Position numbers and translations under genes: made by a program. From an uncultured Candidatus Bathyarchaeia archaeon (GTDB taxonomy: Archaea; Thermoproteota; Bathyarchaeia; Bathyarchaeales; Bathyarchaeaceae), in the NCBI GenBank assembly GCA_964346135.1, contig CAYFTS010000084.1:1-43650 (forward strand): a stretch of DNA of 43,650 nt, written 5' to 3'. A model generated the notes under the pieces. The model saw only the letters and a program-made list of their open reading frames with translations, had not been told where the DNA came from and searched no databases. Below are positions 15,674 to 25,337 of the stretch, piece after piece (position 1 is the first letter of the stretch; each line of letters starts with the position of its first letter).

Positions 15674-17056
15674 TTAGGCTCCAGCCCATATTTTTCCTGG
15701 ATTAAGAATGTTGTTGGGGTCTATGGCGTTCTTGATTTTTCGCATAACTTCGGTTTCCGAGCTACTGTGTTCCATAGAAAAGAAGGCCGCCTTAGAGAGA
15801 CCTATCCCATGTTCTCCGGAAAGAGTCCCTCCTAGTTCTAGGGCTGCTCTAAATATATCAGCGGTGGCAGCTTCCGCTCTCTTCTCTTCATCTGGGTTCC
15901 TTTCATCATACAGTATAATTGGGTGGAGATTTCCATCTCCAACATGTCCAAACGTAGGAATCAAAACGTTATGTTTCTGTGCAATCTGCTCAATTTTCGT
16001 CAACATCTCTGGAATTCGGCTTGTTGGAACAGTGGCATCCTCGTGCATGCTAGACGGTTTCATGGTAGCTAAAGCTGGACCAGCAGACTTCCTTGCTCGC
16101 CATAAACGGTCGCTCTCTTCCACAGTTTCAGAGACATCAATTCTCGTTGCTTTTTCCATCTTACAAAGTTTACGCGCCTGTCGTATTCTTCTTTTCACCT
16201 CTCCAAGAGATGAACCGTCAAACTCGAAAATTGCCAAAGCAACGCACTCAGGAAACTTCATGTTAATGAACTTGGACACTGCTTCAACCGTTTGTTTGTC
16301 CATAAGCTCTGCAGCAGAGGGAATCAAGTCACTGGTCATAACGCGGAAAATTGCTTTCCCAGCATTTTCCAGAGAGTCGAAGTAGGCAGACATCATAAGT
16401 CTGTACCGCGGCAAAGGAAAGATTCTGAGTCGAGCTCTAGTGATGACACCCAAAGTTCCTTCAGAGCCAATGAATAGGCGAGTGAGGTCGTAACCCGAAA
16501 CTCCCTTCCGAGTTTTTGCACCCGTTTCTATGACTTCGCCGTTCGGCAAGACCACTTGCAACCCGAGGGCCCAGTCTCTGAAAGTTCCATATTTTACCGC
16601 TCGGATGCCTCCAGAAGATTCAGCCATACATCCGCCTATGGTGCATGCCTCTTTGGAGGCGGGGTCTGGGGGAAGAAAAAGCTTGTAGGGTGTCAATTTG
16701 TTGTTTAGGTCTTGCCACACCACTCCGCACTCCACCAGAACTTGCAGGTTGGCGATATCGATTTCCAGAATTTTGTTCATCCTAGTCAGAACTAGGAGGA
16801 TTCCACCCCTTGCGGGAATGGGTCCTCCACTTAGGCACGTTCCAGCGCCCCTTGGAGTTACTGGAACTTTGAGTTTGTTTGCTAACTTCATAATCTCGCT
16901 TACTTGAGACGTGTTTTCGGGCCAAACCACGATGTCAGGCATGCCCACGTTCTCAGAGGCATCACGCGAGTAACACAATAAGTCAACTGATTCGGTGGAA
17001 ACGTTCTTAGCGCCTACAATCTGCTCTAAACGCTTCTTCAACACTGATTCGCTCAC
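15674..17056 (-). CDS. FAD-linked oxidase (GlcD / D-lactate dehydrogenase family)
   Basis: 460 aa with the FAD-binding PCMH domain (VTPRGAGTCLSGG) and the C-terminal GEHGIG motif. Its stop abuts the Fe-S subunit start, 1 nt apart. Confidence 0.9.
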   Translation of the reverse strand: MSESVLKKRLEQIVGAKNVSTESVDLLCYSRDASENVGMPDIVVWPENTSQVSEIMKLANKLKVPVTPRGAGTCLSGGPIPARGGILLVLTRMNKILEIDIANLQVLVECGVVWQDLNNKLTPYKLFLPPDPASKEACTIGGCMAESSGGIRAVKYGTFRDWALGLQVVLPNGEVIETGAKTRKGVSGYDLTRLFIGSEGTLGVITRARLRIFPLPRYRLMMSAYFDSLENAGKAIFRVMTSDLIPSAAELMDKQTVEAVSKFINMKFPECVALAIFEFDGSSLGEVKRRIRQARKLCKMEKATRIDVSETVEESDRLWRARKSAGPALATMKPSSMHEDATVPTSRIPEMLTKIEQIAQKHNVLIPTFGHVGDGNLHPIILYDERNPDEEKRAEAATADIFRAALELGGTLSGEHGIGLSKAAFFSMEHSSSETEVMRKIKNAIDPNNILNPGKIWAGA

Positions 17057-17220
17057 TAGGTTGCCCCCGACCTAAATCAACATACATTCGCATTCCATAA
17101 TAAAAATGTTTCAAAGAAGTATTTAGTTTCCTCTGCCTTGAAAGAATCGACATCAACAATTTCACCACAAAAATTTTTAATTCGATTTTTTTCTCTCTTT
17201 CTCTGGAGAGTCTCTGTAAA

Positions 17221-17574
17221 ATGTCGAAGCGAAAAAGGAAGAAACGGTTTTTCGACCTCTTCGATTTTAACGAGGATTTCCCGTTTGGAAAAGAATTGGC
17301 TGAAGGCGGATCAGGATATTCCATCTCAGTAACCTATAACGACACCAGTAAACCCGTGGTTCACGTCAAGACTCGCGGAGACATAGACGTTGCAGAATTA
17401 CGTAGAGACATCGAGCAACAATATCCTGGGGCTAGGATTGAAGGGTTAGAGAAACGTCCTTTAATTAGAGTGGTGGGTGAGGAAAAAGAAGAAAAGGAAA
17501 GAAAATCGGAGAAAAAGAAAAGCAAAACTGAGGATAAGGAGAAGAAAAAGTCATTCATAAGAGTGGTGGATTAA
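17221..17574 (+). CDS. hypothetical protein with Lys/Glu-rich tail
   Basis: 117-aa ATG ORF with a basic N-terminus (KRKRKKR), a small globular core and an EEKEEKERKSEKKKSK low-complexity tail. Confidence 0.5.
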   Translation: MSKRKRKKRFFDLFDFNEDFPFGKELAEGGSGYSISVTYNDTSKPVVHVKTRGDIDVAELRRDIEQQYPGARIEGLEKRPLIRVVGEEKEEKERKSEKKKSKTEDKEKKKSFIRVVD

Positions 17575-17667
17575 GAGATAATTGTTGAAGGTTTCGCGCG
17601 AAAATTAGAAGAGAGACACGAGAATGGAATATAATTCATAACTTGTTTTTATACTTGACTGATATAG

Positions 17668-17686
17668 AGTATATATTTTATATACT
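17668..17686. promoter_or_regulatory. AT-rich inverted repeat AGTATATA-TTT-TATATACT in a promoter region
   Basis: Read directly: 8-bp perfect arms. It lies 57 nt upstream of ATG 17743 and carries TATA-like sequence on both strands. Confidence 0.3.
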
Positions 17687-17742
17687 ATGAAAGAAGATTC
17701 CCCTTTATATTTGACTATTAAACAGAGTAATAGGGATAAAAA

Positions 17743-17958
17743 ATGCGTAAAGAAAAGACAAGAGCGGCATATCCATATCCAATGCCGCCAAGACGACCCG
17801 AGAGACCGGGAGAGCAGAGGTGGCCATCACCAACTCCACAGCCCATCTTTCCCGCCAAAGACACTGGCAGAGTGCTTAAACAAATACTGAACAGACTGGA
17901 CTCAATAGAAAAGCGACTGGAAGCAATAGAAAAATTGTTGACGGCGCAGACGCGGTAA
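17743..17958 (+). CDS. small Pro-rich / coiled-coil protein, unknown function
   Basis: 71-aa ATG ORF. A Pro/Arg-rich N-terminal half is followed by the heptad-like LKQILNRLDSIEKRLEAIEKLL. Confidence 0.45.
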   Translation: MRKEKTRAAYPYPMPPRRPERPGEQRWPSPTPQPIFPAKDTGRVLKQILNRLDSIEKRLEAIEKLLTAQTR

Positions 17959-18007
17959 ACGTTGGGAGAGAACATTTTAGAATAAGGAGAGCCGCGCGCA
18001 GTCTTAG

Positions 18008-18874
18008 CTATCCTTTTCTTAGCCCCGTTCGAGCAACCAAGATTCCCGCTAACGAAAGGATTAATGCAAAGCCTATCAGAAACTGGAAGTCCAATGCAAC
18101 TCTTGCCGCATCAAATCCTGCGCTAGAGTGAAGAATAAAAGCTCTTACAGCATTCCCCGCGTATGATATAGGATTGAAATTTGCAACGGATTGGAGCCAT
18201 TCAGGCATCTGGCTTATTGGAAACAAAGCGTTGCTGGCAAACATGAGTGGAAGATTCAGCAGGTTTGCAACGGCTATGACGGTTTCGTGGCTCTTGATTC
18301 GGATTGCAATCGCTAAGAACATTGATGATAGCCCTGAACTTAACAAGAACAAGGCCGCCAATACTCCAAAAAAATCTAAGATTCCGAATGCATCTCCAAC
18401 TTGTAACCCAAAAGCGAAGGCAATGCTAAAGACGAGCAAAGCTTGAAACATGCCTCTAATTACGCTGGAGCTTACCTTTGCAAGTACGATTGATCCTCTG
18501 GGGATTGGCGCTACAAGAAGTTTGTCTAGAAACCCGAATCTTCGATCCCAGACCACTGACATGCCACTGAACATGGCAGTGAACAATACGATAACTGACA
18601 ACATTCCAGCAGACATGTACGTGAAATAGTCTGTTGTTCCCCCGAATGTTTCACTTATCATCTGATTCAGAAGTACAGGCACTTGTTCTCGAAATTGTGG
18701 CGGTAATTGATTCAACAAGTCAGGAGGAACCGAAATCAAACTTGATAGGTTAAACGCTTTTCCGAAAAGACCCAACCAAATAACTGGTTGGATAAACATC
18801 ATGAAAAGCAAAAAGGGATTCTTTATCCACTTCTTAATTTCTCTCCTAGTCAACGCAATTGTTTCACTTATCAT
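18008..18874 (-). CDS. ABC-2 type exporter permease
   Basis: Six-TM ABC-2 topology. ATG at 18874 gives a 4-nt overlap with the ATPase stop; the track start is 18910. Confidence 0.85.
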   Translation of the reverse strand: MISETIALTRREIKKWIKNPFLLFMMFIQPVIWLGLFGKAFNLSSLISVPPDLLNQLPPQFREQVPVLLNQMISETFGGTTDYFTYMSAGMLSVIVLFTAMFSGMSVVWDRRFGFLDKLLVAPIPRGSIVLAKVSSSVIRGMFQALLVFSIAFAFGLQVGDAFGILDFFGVLAALFLLSSGLSSMFLAIAIRIKSHETVIAVANLLNLPLMFASNALFPISQMPEWLQSVANFNPISYAGNAVRAFILHSSAGFDAARVALDFQFLIGFALILSLAGILVARTGLRKG

Positions 18875-19866
18875 CTCTGCATCCTCCTTAAAGTTCTCTT
18901 CCTTCTCCAAATCTCCCCGGTTTCACCTTGAGTTTCTCGTAGTGAGCGTCCAGTGTATTCCAGATAGACTTGGTCAAGAGTTGGCTTAGCCAATGAAACT
19001 CTGCCTATCCTCAGATTCATTTTAAGCAGATTTTCCATTATCTTTGGGAGCGCTTCTTCTCCTTTTGAAACCTTGATTCTATACATATCACCGATTTTCT
19101 TGACATCTTTCACTTGAGGCAGAGAACTTAACGTTTTTATTCTGTCATTCGTTTTTCGGTTAAACTCTAGCTCAATTATGTCTCCACCAAGACTGTCTTT
19201 TAGGTTCGATGGAGTGTCCAAAGCCACAATTTTCCCGTGATCTATGATAGCTATGCGGTCGCAGAGGGCATCTGCTTCTTCCATATAATGAGTCGTCAGA
19301 AACATTGTAATTTTATGCTCATCTCGCAGTTTCTTTATGTAATCCCACATGACGACTCGAGTTTGGACATCCAACCCTAACGTAGGTTCATCCAGAAAAA
19401 GAACTTTTGGATGATGAATCAAGCCTTCAGCAAGTTCAAGACGCTTCCGCATTCCGCCTGAGTAAGTTTCAACTTTCCTTTTTGCAGCGTCAGTTAAGCC
19501 GACAAGACCTAAAGCCTCTGTTATCCTTTCCTTAGCCACTTTGGTTGGAACATGATAAAGCTTTGCTTGAAGCATCATGTTTTCCATGCCCGTGAGGTCT
19601 TCATCAACTGTGAGATCTTGAGGTACTAGGCTAATTATTTCTCTAACCTTTGAGTCTTGCTTTTTAACATCGAATCCACCCACCTGAGCAAATCCTTCGG
19701 TAGGGTTGAGTAAAGTTGTAAACATGTTTATTGTGGTGGTTTTTCCAGCACCGTTGGGACCTAAAAAGCCGAATATTTCACCTTCCTCCACAGAGAAGGA
19801 CACATGATCGACTGCTACGAGGGGTCCGAAACGTTTGGTGAGGTTGTTGGCTTCAATGACATGCAT
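18871..19866 (-). CDS. ABC transporter ATP-binding protein (DrrA/ABC-2 type)
   Basis: Walker A GPNGAGKTT, signature YSGGMRKRL and Walker B LFLDEPT, plus a C-terminal regulatory extension. Confidence 0.9.
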   Translation of the reverse strand: MHVIEANNLTKRFGPLVAVDHVSFSVEEGEIFGFLGPNGAGKTTTINMFTTLLNPTEGFAQVGGFDVKKQDSKVREIISLVPQDLTVDEDLTGMENMMLQAKLYHVPTKVAKERITEALGLVGLTDAAKRKVETYSGGMRKRLELAEGLIHHPKVLFLDEPTLGLDVQTRVVMWDYIKKLRDEHKITMFLTTHYMEEADALCDRIAIIDHGKIVALDTPSNLKDSLGGDIIELEFNRKTNDRIKTLSSLPQVKDVKKIGDMYRIKVSKGEEALPKIMENLLKMNLRIGRVSLAKPTLDQVYLEYTGRSLRETQGETGEIWRRKRTLRRMQR

Positions 19867-19909
19867 GTTCTTTCCTTCTCCTTATTTGAGCTTTGAGGTC
19901 TAACTCTTA

Positions 19910-20428
19910 TCAGTCTTTTAATTTCTTCGCTATATCATTCAATTTTTCAGCGGCTTGCTCTATGGCTTCTTTGGCTTCAGTGGCGGCTTCTTCCGAGTAT
20001 TTTTCACGTAGGCCGTCGAGAAGGTTCCAGCCAGCCATCACCAGTTTTTTTCCTGCTTCGACCAGTTCTCGTGTCTTTTCAGGGTAAATGTTGAACCAGG
20101 GAAGTCCAGGGAAGGGAGGCATGAGAAATCCGAATCTTTCGCGTAGTTCTTCTTTTCTCTTAATATGCTCTTGAAGAAACATTTTGCCTTGCTCAGTGAG
20201 AGAGTAACGTTTGATCCCTGCTTCTTGTTCGGGAATCTCTTCGGCATATCCCTTGTCCTGTAGCCATGCTATGAGGGGATAGATAGAGCCTGGACTTGGT
20301 TTCCAACGTTCATCGGTTCGTTTCTCAATTTCATTCATAATCTCTGAGCCTGACATAGGTTTCTCGTTTAGCAGTCTCAAAACGTAATATCTTAGGAAGC
20401 CCTTTGGTACAGACGCCATGTGTCTCAT
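19910..20428 (-). CDS. PadR-family transcriptional regulator
   Basis: GFLRYYVLRLLNEKPMSGSEIMNEI...SPGSIYPLIAWLQDKGY is the PadR winged helix. It heads the ABC operon. The start could also be 20467 or 20488. Confidence 0.85.
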   Translation of the reverse strand: MRHMASVPKGFLRYYVLRLLNEKPMSGSEIMNEIEKRTDERWKPSPGSIYPLIAWLQDKGYAEEIPEQEAGIKRYSLTEQGKMFLQEHIKRKEELRERFGFLMPPFPGLPWFNIYPEKTRELVEAGKKLVMAGWNLLDGLREKYSEEAATEAKEAIEQAAEKLNDIAKKLKD

Positions 20429-20555
20429 CCAATGTTTGAAAGGAGATGAACACAAATCTATCACCATTGATATCACATGCGATATCAACAGTGACTTATA
20501 AACTTTGCTGACACCGATATTATCTCAAAAATCAGCTTTCATGGAATAGTCTAAT

Positions 20556-21602
20556 TTAAGCGGTTTTGAAATGTTCCCATCCTCTGGCTTCTATGGGAAC
20601 TGTTTTTCTTTTTGCTTCAAGAAGCAAATTTTTTTCTTTGGTGACAACTCCGATTTTGATCAGAGACCCATCAACGTGCTCTACAGTCTTCTTCACTTTA
20701 TCCCACAATCTCGGTTTGATGGTGACGAGAAGTTCGTATTCCTCCCCACCGTACAGGCTCAGTTCCGCCGCGTCAAGATGGTGCATCTTTGCGAATTGTT
20801 TTGCTTCAGAGGCTACAGGAAGGCTGTTAATTAGGAATCCTACGTTGCTGGCTACTGAGAGTTCATGGAGACTCCACGCGAGTCCGTCACTGGAGTCGAT
20901 GGAAGCGGTTACAGCTTGAGTTTGAACCAGTGCCAAACCTTCTTTCAATCGTGCATGAGGCACATAAACGGCGTTAATAAACTCTTTTCTGAGTCTTTGT
21001 GGAACAGAAAAACCTTCAAGCAAAATCTTCAGTCCAGAAGATGTTTTGCCAAAAAGTCCTGTGACCGCTACGATGTCGCCAGGAGTTGCGCCACTCCGCC
21101 TCATTAAGCGGCGTTTTTCGCAGATTCCGAAGGCAACGCAATTGATTATTAGGTCGGAGGCTTCGTTGGTGTCTCCTCCTAGAACGTAGGCGTCATATTC
21201 GCGGGCTCCTTCGTTTAATCCCTTGCCGATTTTTTGAATGTCTTTTATGGTGAGGTTTCGAGGAACGCCGACGGATGCAAGTATAGCGAGGGGTTGAACT
21301 CCTTTGGCGGCTAAGTCGCTTATGTTCATGACCACGGCTTTGCGGGCGGCTTGTTGCATCGTCATGCCGGGTGGGACATCGGTTTTTCCAACAAGCATGT
21401 CTGTTTTTATGATGGCGAGTTTTTGGTTTCCGATGTCGATGGCTGAGATGTCGTCTCCGAATGGGACTGATATGTTGGGCATTTGGTCTAGCTGGTCTAG
21501 AATGAGGTTGATTATTTTTCGTTCACCTAACTCTTCCGTTGTACTCAACGCTAAGGCTCTCCACAGAATGGTATTGTGTCCGAATGTCTTAAAAATATGC
21601 AT
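20556..21602 (-). CDS. thiL: thiamine-monophosphate kinase (AIR synthase-related fold)
   Basis: The N-terminal LGERKIINLI...FGDDISAI...KTDMLV...ISDLAAKG pattern matches the ThiL/PurM superfamily, and the length fits ThiL. Confidence 0.75.
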   Translation of the reverse strand: MHIFKTFGHNTILWRALALSTTEELGERKIINLILDQLDQMPNISVPFGDDISAIDIGNQKLAIIKTDMLVGKTDVPPGMTMQQAARKAVVMNISDLAAKGVQPLAILASVGVPRNLTIKDIQKIGKGLNEGAREYDAYVLGGDTNEASDLIINCVAFGICEKRRLMRRSGATPGDIVAVTGLFGKTSSGLKILLEGFSVPQRLRKEFINAVYVPHARLKEGLALVQTQAVTASIDSSDGLAWSLHELSVASNVGFLINSLPVASEAKQFAKMHHLDAAELSLYGGEEYELLVTIKPRLWDKVKKTVEHVDGSLIKIGVVTKEKNLLLEAKRKTVPIEARGWEHFKTA

Positions 21603-21623
21603 TTACTCCAATTGACTGATGAA

Positions 21624-21700
21624 GCCTCGGTGGCTCAGCTCGGTAGAGCGACAGCCTCGTAAGCTGTTGGTCGCGGGATCGAAGCCCGCCCGAGGCTCCA
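21624..21700 (+). tRNA. tRNA-Thr (anticodon CGT), CCA encoded
   Basis: GCCTCGGTGGCTCAGCTCGGTAGAGCGACAGCCTCGTAAGCTGTTGGTCGCGGGATCGAAGCCCGCCCGAGGCTCCA. The acceptor stem is perfect and the anticodon loop is CTCGTAA. Confidence 0.9.
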
Positions 21701-22007
21701 TTTGACAATTAAACAACTCCCTTAGGCATGTAGAACTATTTAGACATGGTTGTTTCTCCGCGGTAAGGCATACTTTTTGATGTTTGTCAGAATGATTAAG
21801 ACACGCAGTAATGTTTATAAGGGAGAGACGTGAATGAGAAGAAAGACCCATTAAGGGAGGAAGAATGATTTTTGAACATTCAAAAGATGAAACGCCGTGC
21901 TTTACGTTTGAGACAGCTAATTGACTCAAAGGAAAAGCGAAAGACACAGGCGCTCAAAGAATACGCACACCTCATCTGGCTAATCAATACCCATTCAAAA
22001 TCTTAGC

Positions 22008-23105
22008 TCACACGCTCTTATCTTTAATGCTTACTCTGAAGAGAACGAATCCAGCTGCGGTTAGTGCCGCTGCAACGTACATTGTGTATTCAAACCTAAA
22101 CAGTTCAGAGATAACTCCACCTAACAACGCTCCAAACACTCTGGCTAAATTGATCAAAGAACTAAGTATTCCAGAGCAAGTAGCCTTCTCAACGTTGTAT
22201 TTCATCAGATAAAGCAGCGAGCCAACGTAAAGACACGACCAAGAACTACCAAGCAAAACTTGGATTGGAACGAGCTGATAAAAGTTTTGAGCAAGAGTGA
22301 ACGCAAAGAAGGACGTCGACGATAATGCAAGCCCCATGTTGATCAAACTTTTACTCTTGAATCGATCAAGATATGGCATCAGAAAAAATTGTGTTAAAGT
22401 GTTTATGGAATAAATCAGCCCAATCCAAAATTTGTCTCCTCCCAAACTCACAATGTACAATGGGTATATGATCCATATGCAACTGGCTCCAGTGTGTCTT
22501 ATAAAATAGGACAAGTAAACTTGCCAGTTCCTTTTCATCAGTCTCCAAGGGAAGAATGGAACACTGAGACTTGAACCAGCAATATAGGGCATCGTAAAGG
22601 AAACGAAAAATGCCATTAAAAGGCAGGCGGAGGACAAGACAAATGCGCCCCAAAACATGGCTATTAAGCCGGCGGTGAAGTTGCCGATAGCCCAGCCTAA
22701 TGAGGCAAGAGAAGTGAATCTTCCTAAGGAATTTTTTGACTCGTAGACGTAAGCTGTAAGTGCCGCGGGAAACATTCCAATAGAAAGTCCTGCTAAGCCC
22801 CGAGAAAGGGCAAGTAACCAAGGGTCTGCCCAAAAAGGCGCAATGAACGAGGGGTCTGTCAATATCTGCATCAAAAATGTTATGGAGGAGATTCCAAGGC
22901 CAAGGTGGATGAAGAATCTACGGCCGTACACGTCCGAGGCACGTCCAAAAAGGTATGCTGAGGTGAATACAGCGAATCCGTAGACCGCTCCAATCATCCC
23001 TATCTGGGCGTTGCTGGCTCCCAACTCGTCAGCCAAATTGGGAATAAAAAGAAGCGATGCTGAGATGGCTAGGTTAGATAACAGTGCAATAGCATTTGAC
23101 TTCAT
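22008..23105 (-). CDS. MFS transporter
   Basis: 365 aa with about 11-12 TM helices. The GRASDVYGRR loop between TM2 and TM3 matches the MFS signature. Confidence 0.85.
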   Translation of the reverse strand: MKSNAIALLSNLAISASLLFIPNLADELGASNAQIGMIGAVYGFAVFTSAYLFGRASDVYGRRFFIHLGLGISSITFLMQILTDPSFIAPFWADPWLLALSRGLAGLSIGMFPAALTAYVYESKNSLGRFTSLASLGWAIGNFTAGLIAMFWGAFVLSSACLLMAFFVSFTMPYIAGSSLSVPFFPWRLMKRNWQVYLSYFIRHTGASCIWIIYPLYIVSLGGDKFWIGLIYSINTLTQFFLMPYLDRFKSKSLINMGLALSSTSFFAFTLAQNFYQLVPIQVLLGSSWSCLYVGSLLYLMKYNVEKATCSGILSSLINLARVFGALLGGVISELFRFEYTMYVAAALTAAGFVLFRVSIKDKSV

Positions 23106-23304
23106 GTTGAATCATCAAAAGTCTCAAGATTAAAAACTTTACTGAAATCTTCTGTAACGGAGCAATGAAGTAATCTGAAGAAACTGGTGATTTCATCTTC
23201 TTCTTAAACATTCATGTCGCCCAAATTCAGATTCTAACTTCATAACTTATTTTAATATACACCATTAAAATTTGACCTAAATATAAATGCTAGGAGGTTA
23301 CGAA

Positions 23305-23670
23305 ATGGAACTTCTACCCGAAAAAAGATTTGGAATCTTCTTGATAGTCATCTCTGTCTGGTACCTAATTAACCTAAAAATTTTCAATGCACTTCACCCA
23401 ATTCTCGCAGTACCTGGCTCTGTGACCTTTTTGGCTGGATTATGGCTTGTGCTGTCACCTTTCACGCCTACAATATCCACAACAGTCATAACAAGATCAA
23501 ATGCTCCTCCGCAGGCTCCTGCTCCAGCTACAACCAAACCTGAAACAATGCCTACGCCAAAGCCCGCGGCAAAAACTAAACCAAAAATTACCAAAACGAC
23601 TAAAACAATGCCTTCAACTGTCAAAAAGCATGTTAGAAAGAAGAAGACAACATCAAAAAGCAGCGCTTAG
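23305..23670 (+). CDS. small membrane protein with Pro/Thr/Lys-rich tail
   Basis: ATG 23305 lies 7 nt after AGGAGG; the track start is 23287. Two TM helices are followed by a PQAPAPATTKPETMPTPKPAAKTKPK low-complexity tail. Confidence 0.6.
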   Translation: MELLPEKRFGIFLIVISVWYLINLKIFNALHPILAVPGSVTFLAGLWLVLSPFTPTISTTVITRSNAPPQAPAPATTKPETMPTPKPAAKTKPKITKTTKTMPSTVKKHVRKKKTTSKSSA

Positions 23671-23699
23671 CAACCTCTAGTTAACACGTTTTTCAATGC

Positions 23700-23706
23700 T
23701 TTTTTT
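23700..23706 (+). terminator. oligo-T runs between convergent genes
   Basis: T5 at 23689-23693 and T7 at 23700-23706, 20-35 nt after the stop at 23670. Confidence 0.3.
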
Positions 23707-23764
23707 CACAGACAATTCTATAGTTTATCCACTTAATTCTCTACTGGCTTAGGACATTTTCAAT

Positions 23765-25336
23765 TTAGCTTAAGATTTTTTCTACTTCTTCTTTGTCCGC
23801 ATGAATAACGTATTTAATTCCTGACGCATGTGCCGCTTCAGAGGTTAGAGCGACAATATCATCGCGTGTGATTTCTTTTGTAGCGAATTTTCTGGCACCG
23901 CACATTAGTTGTTTTAATCCTTGAGTTAATCTCTGGTTGTAGGTGTAGAGACCGATTGCTCCGGTTGGCAATTCTGCAAAATTTTTTCCGAGTTTTTTCT
24001 TTAGCCCACCTGCTTCGACAAAGATCGCGTCAATGGTGTTTCCAAATCTTGCGTAGTAGATAGGAAGGTTTCCTTCCTTGATCCTTTGACCCACGTTTTT
24101 ACCTATCATGGCTGCACTGATGGGGGCTCTAGCCATACCTACAGCCTTTACATAAGGTGCGCCTAGAGCCAGTGCTTTGAAGATGTGATCTTCCATGGTA
24201 ATGCCTCCTGCGAAGGCTATGCTTGGCACGTATTCTCCTTTCTTTGCTAGTCTATCTGCATATTGATACGTTAATGACCATACCTCTACGCTGGGTATTC
24301 CCCACTCGTTCATCATACGCCATGGGCTCATCCCCGTTCCGCCGCCCGCACCGTCAACGGTAAGTAAGTCAATTTTAGCCACCGACGAGAATTTTACAGC
24401 TCTCGCCACATCTGCTGGTCGGTAGGCTCCAGTCTTTAGGAAAACATAGTTAGCACCTAAACTTCTCAACTCTTTTACTTTGTTTACGAAGTCTTCTCTA
24501 TTAACCATGCCAACTCGAGAGTGTCTTTCAAACTCTGTAAATTGTCTTTTTTTGAATGCTTCAACAATGTCTGGATTCTCAGGATCGGGGAGAACTATGT
24601 ATCCTCTCCTCTTTAGAAGCTGTGCTTTAGCGAGATCCTTAATCTTAACTTCGCCACCGATATCTTTTGCACCTTGACCCCATTTTAGTTCAACAGCGTC
24701 CACTTCTAGATCTGAAATTGCATATTCAAAGACTCCAAGTTTTGTGTCTTCTACGTTAGCTTGAACAACAGTTGCACCGTAGCCGTCTTCTCTCCATTTA
24801 TCATAGGTTTTCACTCTCCATTCCAGTTCTGGAGAATGAACTACTTTTCCATTGTTGATTTTTGAGCCAACGTCCATACCGCATACATTTTCTCCTATCA
24901 CTTGCATAGTTCCTGATATTGCTGCGCCAATGGCTAATTCTTTCCAGTTGTCCTTAGCAATTTTTGTCGAGCCAAGTGCACAAGTGAACCATGGAACTTT
25001 TAATCTTATGCCTTTGCCTTGTCCAATTTTGGTTTCCAAGTCAACATTGGGGAATATGGCTTTATCACTATCTGCATCGATGCCAACAGCGCCTACCGTT
25101 GTTCCCATAATGTTAAAATGGGAAAGATTCACAGGATAGTTCTTTTGAGATGCAGTGGTTATCACTCCAAAAGGGGCTGGATAAATGACTTCGCGACCTC
25201 TTATAGCGGATTTGGCAATTTCACATGGGCCTAGGCATCCGTCTATGCACGTGACGCAGAGTCCGCTGACGGGACATTGTTCGGTTCTGGTTTTGGTTAG
25301 AGTTGCTGGGCTCGCATTCGGTTTTGAATAGCTCAT
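23765..25336 (-). CDS. GltB-type FMN-binding (glutamate synthase domain 2-like) oxidoreductase subunit
   Basis: DGAGGGTGMSPW and the surrounding TIM-barrel pattern match the GltS FMN domain. The N-terminal Cys cluster is CPVSGLCVTCIDGCLGPC. No amidotransferase or GXGXG domains are present. Confidence 0.85.
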   Translation of the reverse strand: MSYSKPNASPATLTKTRTEQCPVSGLCVTCIDGCLGPCEIAKSAIRGREVIYPAPFGVITTASQKNYPVNLSHFNIMGTTVGAVGIDADSDKAIFPNVDLETKIGQGKGIRLKVPWFTCALGSTKIAKDNWKELAIGAAISGTMQVIGENVCGMDVGSKINNGKVVHSPELEWRVKTYDKWREDGYGATVVQANVEDTKLGVFEYAISDLEVDAVELKWGQGAKDIGGEVKIKDLAKAQLLKRRGYIVLPDPENPDIVEAFKKRQFTEFERHSRVGMVNREDFVNKVKELRSLGANYVFLKTGAYRPADVARAVKFSSVAKIDLLTVDGAGGGTGMSPWRMMNEWGIPSVEVWSLTYQYADRLAKKGEYVPSIAFAGGITMEDHIFKALALGAPYVKAVGMARAPISAAMIGKNVGQRIKEGNLPIYYARFGNTIDAIFVEAGGLKKKLGKNFAELPTGAIGLYTYNQRLTQGLKQLMCGARKFATKEITRDDIVALTSEAAHASGIKYVIHADKEEVEKILS

Positions 25337-25337
25337 A

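Noticed and set aside
21603-21947. A 114-aa minus-strand ORF.
   Set aside because: It overlaps tRNA-Thr on the opposite strand and has no protein-like features.
21887-22006. A 39-aa basic ORF (MKRRALRLRQLIDSKEKRKTQALKEYAHLIWLINTHSKS) between tRNA-Thr and the MFS gene.
   Set aside because: It is plausible as a mini-protein, but there is no motif, no clear ribosome-binding site, and it abuts the convergent MFS stop. Evidence is insufficient.
22366-22833. A 155-aa ORF on the same strand as the MFS gene, in another frame.
   Set aside because: It is fully nested in a well-supported transporter CDS and its translation is Arg/Leu-rich frame noise.
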